A DNA stretch of 32,000 nucleotides, taken from positions 3,744,955 through 3,776,954 of the forward strand of contig NZ_CM001976.1 in NCBI RefSeq assembly GCF_000406145.1. The letters are read 5' to 3'. The notes beneath the pieces were generated by a model that saw nothing but the letters and a program-made list of their open reading frames with translations, made no database searches and was not told where the DNA came from. The position numbers and the translations under genes were made by a program. Source of the DNA: Dickeya dadantii NCPPB 898 (GTDB taxonomy: Bacteria > Pseudomonadota > Gammaproteobacteria > Enterobacterales > Enterobacteriaceae). Of the stretch, positions 20,727-29,192 are shown in pieces (positions within the stretch are counted from its first letter, which is position 1; the number at the start of each line of letters is the position of its first letter).

Positions 20727-22549
20727 TAGTACACATCTCTCTGATAACGCCGCTCAAGACGCAGCTCGCTTAAAAACTCATCCGCCTGTTCGGCGTCCAT
20801 CCCGCCGTGTTCAGCCACAACGGTCAGCAGCGCCTGCTCTACATCTTTCGCCATGCGATTGGCGTCGCCGCAGACATAAATATGGGCGCCATCCTGAATC
20901 CAGCGCCACACCTCCGCGCCTTTTTCACGGATTTTGTCCTGTACGTAAACCTTGTGCGCCTGATCGCGCGACCAGGCCAGGTCGATTTCCGTCAACAGCC
21001 CGTCTTTAACGTAACGCTGCCACTCCACCTGATAGAGGAAATCTTCGGTAAAGTGCGGGTTGCCGAAAAACAGCCAGTTTTTACCGCCAGCGCCGTCGGC
21101 TTCACGCTGCTGCATAAACGCCCGGAATGGCGCGATGCCGGTGCCCGGACCAATCATGATTACCGGCGTTTCGGGGTTGGCGGGCAGGCGGAAATTGTCA
21201 TTGTGCTCAATGAACACACGGACATCGCCATCCTCTTCCAGCCGGTCCGCCAGATAGCCCGACGCACCGCCGCTACGCGCACGGCCTTCATATTCATAAC
21301 GCACCGCGCCGACGGTGATGTGCACTTCGCCGCCGACATCGTCCTGCGACGACGCGATGGAGTAGAGACGCGGCGTCAGCGGACGCAGCAGCCCGGTGAG
21401 CTGTTCCGGCGTCAGTTCCACCGGCGCTTCGCGCACCATATCCACCAGCGGAGTACGCTGTGCGTACTGCTGTAGCGCGGATTTATCGGCAACCAGCCCC
21501 AGCAGCGCCTCGTTGCGCGACAACGCCGCGTAATTAGCGACAATCGGCGCGGTGTTTTGCGTCAGTTCAAAATGGCGTTGCAGCGCCTCAGCCAACGGTA
21601 GGGTGTTGCCGTTCACGACAACGGACTCGTCGCCTTTCAGCCACAACAGCCCCAGCAGCTCCTGCACCAGCGCCGGGGAGTTCTCATACCACACGCCCAG
21701 CGCATCACCCGGCTGGTAATGCAGACCGGAGTCGCCCAGATCGATTTCGATATGGCGAACGTCTTTTTCCGAATTACGACCGGTGATCTTCTGGTTGACC
21801 GACAGCGACGCGGTATAAGGGGCATCCTTGTGATACGGGCTGGTGGTGATGGCATTGACCTGGCCGCTGGCCGCGGTTTGCACCGCCACCGCCGTCTGGC
21901 CGGCAAAGCGCGCCTTCAAGGTTTCCACCACCTGACGACGCCACTGTTCCGCCAGCGGCTGGAATTCCACATCGGCATCGACGCGATCGAGCAGGCGTTC
22001 CGCGCCTAACTCAGCCAGACGGCCGTCAAAATCCTTACCCGCCTTGCTGAAAAACTCATACGAGGTATCGCCAAGGCCAAACACCGCAAACGCCGCGCCC
22101 GCCAGCGACGGCGCTTTTTTCGAGAACAGGAATTTGTGCAACGCCACGGCTTCTTCCGGCGGCTCGCCTTCGCCCTGCGTCGAGGTAACGACCAGCAGCA
22201 GTTTTTCCTGCGCGATCTGTTTGAATTTATAGTCGCCGGCATTCACCAGCGTTACCGGCAGGCTGGCCGCCAGCAGATCGTCGCGCACCTGTTCCGCTAC
22301 GCGGCGGGCGTTGCCGGTCTGAGAGGCGGAAATCAGCGTAATCGCCGCCGGCGGCGCTACTTCGGCGGCTGGCGCCGCCGTCACGGCCGGAACGGCAACC
22401 GCACCGGGCTGTTGCTGAATCACGCCCCAGAAATAGCCGGACAACCAGGCCAGTTGCGTCGGCGAAAGATCGCCGGTCGCGGCCTGAAGACGCGAAAGTT
22501 GCTCCGCGCTCAACGGGAGCAGCGGAGTCGGAGAAGCCGAAGTTGTCAT
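20726..22549 (-). CDS. cysJ: sulfite reductase flavoprotein alpha-component
   Basis: From ATG at 22549 it reads [42 protein letters not shown], which aligns with the E. coli CysJ N-terminus [24 protein letters not shown]. The stop overlaps the cysI ATG (TAATG). The track start at 22603 adds 18 unsupported residues. Confidence 0.95.
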   Translation of the reverse strand: MTTSASPTPLLPLSAEQLSRLQAATGDLSPTQLAWLSGYFWGVIQQQPGAVAVPAVTAAPAAEVAPPAAITLISASQTGNARRVAEQVRDDLLAASLPVTLVNAGDYKFKQIAQEKLLLVVTSTQGEGEPPEEAVALHKFLFSKKAPSLAGAAFAVFGLGDTSYEFFSKAGKDFDGRLAELGAERLLDRVDADVEFQPLAEQWRRQVVETLKARFAGQTAVAVQTAASGQVNAITTSPYHKDAPYTASLSVNQKITGRNSEKDVRHIEIDLGDSGLHYQPGDALGVWYENSPALVQELLGLLWLKGDESVVVNGNTLPLAEALQRHFELTQNTAPIVANYAALSRNEALLGLVADKSALQQYAQRTPLVDMVREAPVELTPEQLTGLLRPLTPRLYSIASSQDDVGGEVHITVGAVRYEYEGRARSGGASGYLADRLEEDGDVRVFIEHNDNFRLPANPETPVIMIGPGTGIAPFRAFMQQREADGAGGKNWLFFGNPHFTEDFLYQVEWQRYVKDGLLTEIDLAWSRDQAHKVYVQDKIREKGAEVWRWIQDGAHIYVCGDANRMAKDVEQALLTVVAEHGGMDAEQADEFLSELRLERRYQRDVY

Positions 22550-22658
22550 TGTGGTATCGGTATCCTTGTTCTGGCCGCGGGCGCTAATGCCGGGTTGCCG
22601 CAATAGCCAATTTCATGAAATAGAAAGTCAGATGGGATATAAGGTAACCATCCCCATC

Positions 22659-22700
22659 TTAACAATTAAAGACATGATGGAAATATTTAATAACCAAAAC
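22659..22700 (-). promoter_or_regulatory. probable CysB activation site of the cysJIH promoter
   Basis: The minus strand reads GTTTTGGTTATTAAATATTTCCATCATGTCTTTAATTGTTAA. This resembles the E. coli/Salmonella cysJ CBS-J1 region as I remember it (..TTTGGTTATTTGTTATTTCCAACCCTTCTTTAATTG..). The memory-based match was not verified. Confidence 0.4.
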
Positions 22701-22718
22701 GACTAAATAGTTTTTTTG

Positions 22719-22744
22719 ATAACACTTATTGCTTTAAGTGTTAT
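22719..22744. repeat. perfect 10-bp inverted repeat ATAACACTTA-N6-TAAGTGTTAT in the cysJ / GH67-like divergent region
   Basis: Read directly from the sequence. The arms are 22719-22728 and 22735-22744, with spacer TTGCTT. The protein that might bind it is unknown. Confidence 0.7.
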
Positions 22745-22841
22745 TGATCACAATTTACCGCATTGATTATTTTAATGTTTCTTTTGGGCTATCGCGCTGG
22801 CGTTATACTCGCCATTCCGTGGCCCAGGGAGCACACCGATT

Positions 22842-24551
22842 ATGTGGCAGCGTCGCGCACTGGAACTGAACACCCAGGATATCTGGCACTGGCGGCACAT
22901 CACCGCGCTGGCGGACTACGCCCGCCGTTACGGTTTCAATACGCTGGTGCTGGGGCAAGCGGACCTGCTGGATAAGCTGGTGACGCCGCCCGCTTATCAA
23001 CACGCCCGCTTTGACGATCGCATCAGCAGTCAGCAACGCTCGCGCTGCGTCTATCTCAATCAGGTCGCCGCCTATTGCCGCGAACAGGGGCTGGCGCTGT
23101 ACCTGCAATGCAAAGAGCTGTCCTTCCCTACCGACCTGCTGTTGCTGCACCCGCAGTTGCTGGACGATGCGCGTCAGTTCCGTATCGATACCCATTTCTG
23201 GTGCGATTACCTGGCCGCCAAGGTAGAGCAACTGATGCAGCAGATCCCACGGCTGAGCGGGCTGATGCTGGCGATCTCCAACAGCGACAGCCTGATACGG
23301 TTTGCGCCGCCGCCCGGCGAGGAGATGCAAAGCGGCATTATTTCACCGACGATGCCACCGGCAATGCCGCCAACCCTAGACAGCGAACCGATTTACCGGC
23401 AATTGTTTACCGCCGTTTCCCGCGTTGTTCACGCCCATCAGCGTCATCTGGTCTTGCGCGCCTTTCCGGCCAATCATCACGACATGTCCCACGTACTGGA
23501 GGCCCTCCGCAGCCTGCCGCCCACCGTGTCCGCCGCCATCAAGATGACGCCGGAGCGCTTTTGGCCGGAATTCCCCAACAACCCGGCGCTGCTGGAGCTG
23601 GATGACCGGGAAATCTGGGTGGAGCTGGATGTGGCGGGCGAGGAAGTCGGCTGGGGCAATCTGCCGTTTCTGCGTTACACCGAAATTCAGGGGCGATTGC
23701 TGTGGTGCAGGGAAAAGAATCCGGCCATCGTCAGCGCGGCGTGCCGCATCAGTTGGGATGGCGTCGATAACCACAGCGTGCTGGGGTCGCTGAGCGAATT
23801 CACGCTGTTCGCCTGCGCACGTCTGTTGAACGACAGCGCGCCGCCGGTTAACGAAAGCGAACTGTTTCGTCAGTGGCTGGCGGAATGCTGGCAATGGCAG
23901 CCGGACGACACGGTCTGTCACACCATGCGCGCCCTGCTGGAACAGGCGCAACAGGCGCTGTCGCTATCATTGTATGCGCGCCACCATGTGTTCCATCGCC
24001 ATAGCCTGCTGCCGTCCAGTTACGGTCAGGCGGTGTGGAGCCTGTACGGTCAGCTCAATCGCAACCACTGGTTACCCGGCTCCGGGCGCGATATCACCTT
24101 TGATCGCCGCGAAACGGAACTGGCTTCCCAGAATCTGTATCAGATCGTGCGGGAGAAAGACGCAGCCTGGCAGTTAGCCGACCAGAGCCGGCAGGCCGCC
24201 AGCCAGTTTGCCCGCGACCATGACCTGCCGGAACCGCTGCGCCAGCGCTGGCTGCAGGAATGGCGCGGACTGGCGCTCTATTGCCGGGCCTTCGTCCATG
24301 CGCAAAAAGCCTTTTTCACCCTGCACTACTGCCAGCAGGTAGAAAACAACTGGACGCTGCGTGAAATCGCCAAAACCAATATTCAGGCGCTCTACGGCGT
24401 GGCGCATGAAATGGACGATTTCTGCCTGCAACACCGGGACTACCCGGTGAGCATGCACGTCATGTTTGATGCCGCCCGCCCACGCGCGCTGTCGGACAGC
24501 CTGCAACAACAGCTGACCGCGCTAACGCAGGACACCGGCGGCGGTCATTAG
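22842..24551 (+). CDS. cytoplasmic TIM-barrel glycosidase-like protein, distant GH67 (alpha-glucuronidase)-like catalytic plus helical C-terminal domains, lacking the GH67 N-terminal domain
   Basis: The 569-aa ORF has no signal peptide. By-eye motif colinearity with remembered Geobacillus AguA (ours first, AguA second): DYARRYGFNTLVL / DYARLLASVGINAISI; QGLALYLQCKELSFP / YGIKTFLSINYASP; FWCDYLAAKVEQLMQQIPRLSGLMLAISNSDS / [32 protein letters not shown] / LVIWRCF; AIKMTPERFWPEFP / QIKNGPMDFQVREP; ELDVAGEEVGWG / EVQITQEYTGQ. The coding call is solid. The family call is tentative. Confidence 0.45.
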   Translation: MWQRRALELNTQDIWHWRHITALADYARRYGFNTLVLGQADLLDKLVTPPAYQHARFDDRISSQQRSRCVYLNQVAAYCREQGLALYLQCKELSFPTDLLLLHPQLLDDARQFRIDTHFWCDYLAAKVEQLMQQIPRLSGLMLAISNSDSLIRFAPPPGEEMQSGIISPTMPPAMPPTLDSEPIYRQLFTAVSRVVHAHQRHLVLRAFPANHHDMSHVLEALRSLPPTVSAAIKMTPERFWPEFPNNPALLELDDREIWVELDVAGEEVGWGNLPFLRYTEIQGRLLWCREKNPAIVSAACRISWDGVDNHSVLGSLSEFTLFACARLLNDSAPPVNESELFRQWLAECWQWQPDDTVCHTMRALLEQAQQALSLSLYARHHVFHRHSLLPSSYGQAVWSLYGQLNRNHWLPGSGRDITFDRRETELASQNLYQIVREKDAAWQLADQSRQAASQFARDHDLPEPLRQRWLQEWRGLALYCRAFVHAQKAFFTLHYCQQVENNWTLREIAKTNIQALYGVAHEMDDFCLQHRDYPVSMHVMFDAARPRALSDSLQQQLTALTQDTGGGH

Positions 24552-24582
24552 GCGGCGTCACGTCACCCGGCGTAACGCCGCC
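24551..24582. other. stem-loop between convergent genes (weak terminator candidate)
   Basis: GGCGGCGT (24551-24558) pairs with ACGCCGCC (24575-24582) around a 16-nt loop. There is no U-run on either side, so the function is uncertain. Confidence 0.3.
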
Positions 24583-24596
24583 AAACCGGCTAATCA

Positions 24597-25886
24597 TCAG
24601 CGGATCACCCGTTTCAGGATGCGGTTGCCCGTATCATTGAAATTCTTCGCCGACGTCTCCACGCTCCGGTTGCCGTAATCCAGTTGCTCAACCGTTTGCA
24701 GAATCAGGCTGGCCAGTTGCGGATCTTCAATGTACGAGGACACCGGGGTTTGCATCGGTTTTTCCAGCGCCTGCATCAGCCCTTTCACCGCCAGATCCTG
24801 CGTATCCAGCCGCTGGTTGTCCTGCAACGCCTGACGCGCCACCCGGCTGAGCGGCACGCCGCGCTCGGTGCCCATCAGCAGGCTGCCTTCCGGGTCATTC
24901 ATCAGAAAATTGAGCAGCAGCGCCGCTTCTTTCGGGTGGTTGCTGCTTTTGCTGATGGCAAACAGCATCGAGGGCTTGAAGAATTGCCCCGGATTGTCGG
25001 AACCCGGCGTCATGATGTACGGCCCCAGTTCCAGTCTGGCGGGCGGCGCCAGCGGCTCGGCGTATTTCTTCACTACCGACGCCCATAGCTGCGCCCCGCC
25101 GTATTCGCCGTTGATCCACGGCCGGGTTTCAAACACCCCGGCCTTGCCAAAAGCGTTGTAGTATTTCGCCGACGGAATGACATGATCGTCCACCAACCGT
25201 TTGTAGAAACGGAACGCTTCCAGCCACTGCGCCTCGGTGTAATTGAAGCGTTTGTTCTGCTCGTCAATCATGCCGATATGAAATTTCTGGGTCATATAGG
25301 TGTTGATCAACTCCAGCAGCCCTTCGCCGCTATCCTGCGCTGGGGAAGCCAGCGGGAAGTAGTTGTCGCCGAGCTTATCCCTGAACACCTTGCCAGCCTG
25401 GAACAGCTCCTCCCAGGTGGTCGGGTACGCCAGACCGGCTTTTTTCCAGGTATCGACGTTGTAGTACATCACCAGCCCGTTGAGCGAGGTGGAGATGGCG
25501 TTGACCTTGCCGTCCACCGTGGTCAGCGCATCCGCCGGAAAGTCCTGCAGTTTCAGGGTCTCTTTCAGTTTGTTCAAATCGTAAAAGCCGGTGCCGGTGC
25601 GGGAGAAGATCGGTATCCAGTTCCAGTTGATCTGCACCACGTCCGGCTCTTCGCCACTGGCGATTTGGGTGGTCAGACGCGAGAGGTAGCCGTCCCAGCC
25701 GGTATATTCCGCTTTGACCGTGATCCCCGGGTATTTTTTCTGAAAAGCCTCAATGGCGGCCAGCGTGGCCTGATGGCGGCTGTTGCCGCCCCACCAGGAC
25801 ATGCGCAATGTCACTTGTTCCGCGGCCTGAACCTGGCCCAGCACGGTAAACGCCAACAACATCAGTCCTACCAGCAATCTCATCAT
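24597..25886 (-). CDS. periplasmic family-1 sugar ABC-transporter substrate-binding protein, TogB-like (oligogalacturonide-binding family), orphan
   Basis: The 429-aa ORF has Shine-Dalgarno AGAGGA and signal peptide MMRLLVGLMLLAFTVLGQVQA|AEQ. LRMSWWGGNSRHQATL...VKAEYTGWDGYLSRLTTQIASGEEPDVVQINWNWIPIFS matches the TogB pattern as I remember it. No permease or ATPase genes flank it. Confidence 0.75.
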   Translation of the reverse strand: MMRLLVGLMLLAFTVLGQVQAAEQVTLRMSWWGGNSRHQATLAAIEAFQKKYPGITVKAEYTGWDGYLSRLTTQIASGEEPDVVQINWNWIPIFSRTGTGFYDLNKLKETLKLQDFPADALTTVDGKVNAISTSLNGLVMYYNVDTWKKAGLAYPTTWEELFQAGKVFRDKLGDNYFPLASPAQDSGEGLLELINTYMTQKFHIGMIDEQNKRFNYTEAQWLEAFRFYKRLVDDHVIPSAKYYNAFGKAGVFETRPWINGEYGGAQLWASVVKKYAEPLAPPARLELGPYIMTPGSDNPGQFFKPSMLFAISKSSNHPKEAALLLNFLMNDPEGSLLMGTERGVPLSRVARQALQDNQRLDTQDLAVKGLMQALEKPMQTPVSSYIEDPQLASLILQTVEQLDYGNRSVETSAKNFNDTGNRILKRVIR

Positions 25887-26422
25887 GTCCCCGATCCTCT
25901 TTATATTGTTATTTCAGGGCGGAAGGGTAATCAGGCAGGTACAGGGCGCCTCCCGCAGGGAAACAAGATAGGCAGATTGTTTTTTGCTTCACCAGCGCCG
26001 GGAAGCGACCAAATGCGCGTTATGCGGAGCAGGCTGAAAAAATGCGTGTCGCCGGGACCGGCAAGGCGCATTTCATGGAAGCGGGTTCACCGTCCGGCGC
26101 ATTGCTGCGTCCTTGCCTCACAACCTGCCTGCAACGGTGAATAGAGCACGCGATCGAGTTCACAGTTATTTAACAAAAATAAAACACAGTGCGCCGCCAA
26201 CGCGGTACGCGTTCGCCAGAAGGGATAAAAACGTGATGAAACACACATTACGTTCACACTGCGGCGAGTATGACGTTATCACGCTCACATTCCACCGGAT
26301 TGCCCCAGGCTGGCTGTGAAGGCGCTCTAACCCTGAGTGATTTCCTATCGCGCCACGGCTGTCTGCAATGAAAAACCGTGCTGGAATGGCTCTCATTTCC
26401 CTATCGAAACAGGATAAAAACC

Positions 26423-27757
26423 ATGAGGCTATCCATTCGCTCCTACACACCCGCCGCCGATGGCGTTACCCCGGACACCGCGTTGTTCCAGCGGGCGATC
26501 GATGACCTGACCGCGCAAGGCGGCGGCACGCTGGTGGTAGAGCCGGGGCGTTATCTGTTGGGAGGATTACGGCTACCTTCGAATTTTTGCCTGCAACTGG
26601 ACGCCGGAGCGGAACTGATCGCCAGCGCCTGTTATGACGATTTTGCTCAGACGACTACCGTCAGCGTGGCCGAGCTTTCCGATCGCGCGTTTTTGTACGC
26701 CCGCCGGCAGCGCAATATCACCCTGTGCGGGAAAGGGAAAATCACCGGTAACGCCGACGCCTACTTCTCAGCCGAGCCCGATGAACAAGGTTATCGCCTG
26801 CCGGCACAACATCGCCCGCGTATTCTGGTGCTGGAGGACTGCGAACAGGTCAATTTGCAGGACCTGACCATCGAACAGGCGCCGATGTGGACCGTCCATC
26901 TGGTGAGTTGCCGTCAGGTCAATGTTGAGCGCCTGACGGTGGATAACGACATGACCATGGCGAATACCGATGCGCTCAATCTCGACAGCTGTCAGGACGT
27001 GACGGTGCATCACTGCCACCTGAGCGCCGCCGATGACGCATTGTGCATCAAAACCACCGCCAAACCGCCCGCCATGCAGTATAAAGCCCAGCGTATGACG
27101 GTCAGCCACTGCCGGCTGCGTTCGCGCAGTTGCGCGCTGAAAATCGGCACCGAAACCTTCGCCGACATTGAAGACCTGACCGTCAGCCACTGCGCCATCT
27201 ACGACTCCAACCGGGGAATCGGCCTGATGTCCCGCGACGGCGGCGCCTTTCGCCGCATCTGTTTTAGCGATATCACCTTCGAATGCGTCGCGGCGCCGCC
27301 CTGCCACTGGGGCAAGGCCGACCCGGTATTCGTATCGGTACGTTACCGCGACCCGACGATTGAACCCGGAGTGATTGAGGATGTGCGCTTCGTGCGGCTG
27401 TCCGGCGTTAGCGAAGGCGCCATCAACCTGCACAGCACGCCGGCGGGCTATATCCGCGATATTCATTTCGATGGCATCACGTTAGAACAACGACCGAGCC
27501 ATTCGCCGGAACAGGGCTTGTACGACGTCCGCCCGCCCTGCAACCCGGACCGCCCCACCGGCATGGGGCTGGACAACGCCTACATGGTCAACCCGGATAC
27601 CGGTCGCGCTTACGGGGTGGAAACTTACCCAACCGGGCTGCCGGCGCTGTTTGCGCGCGGCGTCAGCGGATTAACGTTGCACCACATGACGTTGCGGCGC
27701 CCGTCCCCGTTGCCCGCCGGCTGGAGCCACGATGCGGTTATCGAACTGACGGAATAG
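26423..27757 (+). CDS. glycoside hydrolase family 28 (polygalacturonase-like) protein, cytoplasmic, with atypical active-site motifs (possibly PehN-type)
   Basis: ATG at 26423 is preceded by AGGA; the track start is GTG at 26378. The sequence has parallel beta-helix-like repeats. GH28 motifs NTD (MANTDALNLD) and DD (SAADDALCIK) are present. The canonical G-H-G is replaced by RSCALKIGTE, and no clear RIK is seen. There is no signal peptide. Confidence 0.75.
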   Translation: MRLSIRSYTPAADGVTPDTALFQRAIDDLTAQGGGTLVVEPGRYLLGGLRLPSNFCLQLDAGAELIASACYDDFAQTTTVSVAELSDRAFLYARRQRNITLCGKGKITGNADAYFSAEPDEQGYRLPAQHRPRILVLEDCEQVNLQDLTIEQAPMWTVHLVSCRQVNVERLTVDNDMTMANTDALNLDSCQDVTVHHCHLSAADDALCIKTTAKPPAMQYKAQRMTVSHCRLRSRSCALKIGTETFADIEDLTVSHCAIYDSNRGIGLMSRDGGAFRRICFSDITFECVAAPPCHWGKADPVFVSVRYRDPTIEPGVIEDVRFVRLSGVSEGAINLHSTPAGYIRDIHFDGITLEQRPSHSPEQGLYDVRPPCNPDRPTGMGLDNAYMVNPDTGRAYGVETYPTGLPALFARGVSGLTLHHMTLRRPSPLPAGWSHDAVIELTE

Positions 27758-27887
27758 CCCGATTGACAACCTGGCAGGATGGCGCGCTGATACTGGCAAA
27801 AAGGATAGTCTGACGTCAGGAAACGTGCTTCACACGGCACTTTCCGGTAGTATGCGACGGTTTTTTGAATGACACGAGAGCCTCACC

Positions 27888-28256
27888 ATGCCAACCACAC
27901 TGTTTAAAGATTTCCAGTTCGAAGCCGCGCACCGGCTTCCCCATGTGCCGAATGGCCATAAATGCGGCCGCCTGCATGGTCATTCGTTCATGGTTCGTCT
28001 GGAAATTACCGGTGAGGTCGATCCTTATACCGGCTGGGTGATGGACTTCGCCGAGTTGAAAGCCGCGTTCAAACCCACCTGGGAGCGGTTGGATCACCAT
28101 TACCTGAACGACATTCCGGGGCTGGAAAACCCCACCAGCGAAGTACTGGCGCGCTGGATTTGGCAGCAACTCAAACCGACGCTGCCATTATTAAGCGCGG
28201 TGACCGTCAAGGAAACCTGCACCGCCGGGTGCGTCTACCGCGGCGAGGACGACTGA
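27888..28256 (+). CDS. queD: 6-carboxy-5,6,7,8-tetrahydropterin synthase
   Basis: The 122-aa ORF is near-identical to E. coli QueD ([42 protein letters not shown]). Confidence 0.96.
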   Translation: MPTTLFKDFQFEAAHRLPHVPNGHKCGRLHGHSFMVRLEITGEVDPYTGWVMDFAELKAAFKPTWERLDHHYLNDIPGLENPTSEVLARWIWQQLKPTLPLLSAVTVKETCTAGCVYRGEDD

Positions 28257-28295
28257 GTCCGCGGCCTGCGCGACTGGCAGGCTACACGATGCCCA

Positions 28296-28967
28296 TCAGG
28301 CAATATTGAGGTATTTGTGGGTCTGCATCGATAAACGCCAGTTGCGGGCGATGCAGGTTTCAATGCACAGCCGGGTGGCGTCGTCCTTTTGGCTTATCGG
28401 CTGTAGCGCCACCACCCGCGCCTTGTCGTCATCCAACCTCGCCAGCAACGCATCCAGCGCTTCGATATCCCGCTCACGCGCCACCGGATGCTTGATTTCA
28501 TTCGCCCGCTGCAACGCCTGATCCAACACCGCCAGACCGCCGCGCATATTCACTTTGGGGGAAACCGTCACCCAGCAGTTGGGTGAACAACGCACCTCAT
28601 GGGTGCCGCTGGTTTCAATCTGGGTGCTGAACCCTTGTTGTTCCAGCGCCTGCGTCAGCGGCGTCAGATCGTGGATACAAGGCTCGCCGCCGGTAATCAC
28701 CACATGCCTGGCAGTGTATCCCTGCCGCGCTATCTGCTGTATCAGATCTCCGGCGCTGGAACCGCTCCAGGCGTCGCTCTCCCCGCTTTTAACCAGCACT
28801 TCCGCCAGCGAAATCTGCCGCTCCGGCCGTTTTTCCCAAGTGTGTTTGGTATCGCACCAGCTACACCCCACCGGGCACCCTTGCAAACGGATAAACACCG
28901 CCGGGACGCCGGTGAAAAAACCTTCGCCCTGCAGGGTCTGGAACATTTCGTTAATCGGGTAAAGCAT
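28296..28967 (-). CDS. queE: 7-carboxy-7-deazaguanine synthase (radical SAM)
   Basis: The 223-aa ORF is colinear with E. coli QueE (YPINEMFQTLQGEG.FTGVPA.FIRLQGCPVGC.WCDTKHTW ... SMQTHKYLNIA). Confidence 0.96.
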   Translation of the reverse strand: MLYPINEMFQTLQGEGFFTGVPAVFIRLQGCPVGCSWCDTKHTWEKRPERQISLAEVLVKSGESDAWSGSSAGDLIQQIARQGYTARHVVITGGEPCIHDLTPLTQALEQQGFSTQIETSGTHEVRCSPNCWVTVSPKVNMRGGLAVLDQALQRANEIKHPVARERDIEALDALLARLDDDKARVVALQPISQKDDATRLCIETCIARNWRLSMQTHKYLNIA

Positions 28968-29146
28968 CGTGTTTCATTATTCCTTCTGGCTAAACCACTA
29001 TTATCGCCGATAGCGGATGCCATGCCAAACCGCCGGGTGCGATAACGAATACCGCCGGGCGCGATAGCGAAAAAGAACGGCAGCCAGGAATTTGTGCCTG
29101 CGCGATTCCCGGTTAATAATCAACAGGTCGCACATGATACAGCCAT

Positions 29147-29179
29147 ACCTCTATTCAAATGCCACACCTCTATTCAAAT
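29147..29179 (+). repeat. two direct copies of ACCTCTATTCAAAT, 19-bp period, immediately upstream of the MBL-fold gene RBS
   Basis: The copies are at 29147-29160 and 29166-29179, separated by GCCAC. The Shine-Dalgarno AAGGAAA follows at 29180. Confidence 0.8.
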
Positions 29180-29192
29180 AAGGAAATGTAAG

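Noticed and set aside
26161-26260. KdgR operator upstream of the GH28 gene
   Set aside because: Only half-site-like pieces were found (AATAAAACA, and TGAAAC ... GTTCA with 9-nt spacing). None fits the compact palindromic KdgR consensus (about AATGAAACA-N-TGTTTCATT) as I remember it.
27810-27819. Perfect 10-bp palindrome CTGACGTCAG upstream of queD
   Set aside because: It is a single short palindrome with no known enterobacterial regulator assigned to it. It could easily arise by chance in a 130-bp spacer, so I noted it only.
22604-27887. Mobile-element signatures around the cysJ-queD island (integrase, transposase, tRNA, flanking direct repeats)
   Set aside because: None was seen. Composition looks similar to the flanking core genes, so I describe it as a lineage-specific insertion or retention rather than a recognisable mobile element.
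28257-28295. Terminator between convergent queD and queE
   Set aside because: Only a 6-bp stem (GCCTGC/GCAGGC) without a U-tract on either strand was found. This is not enough to call a terminator.
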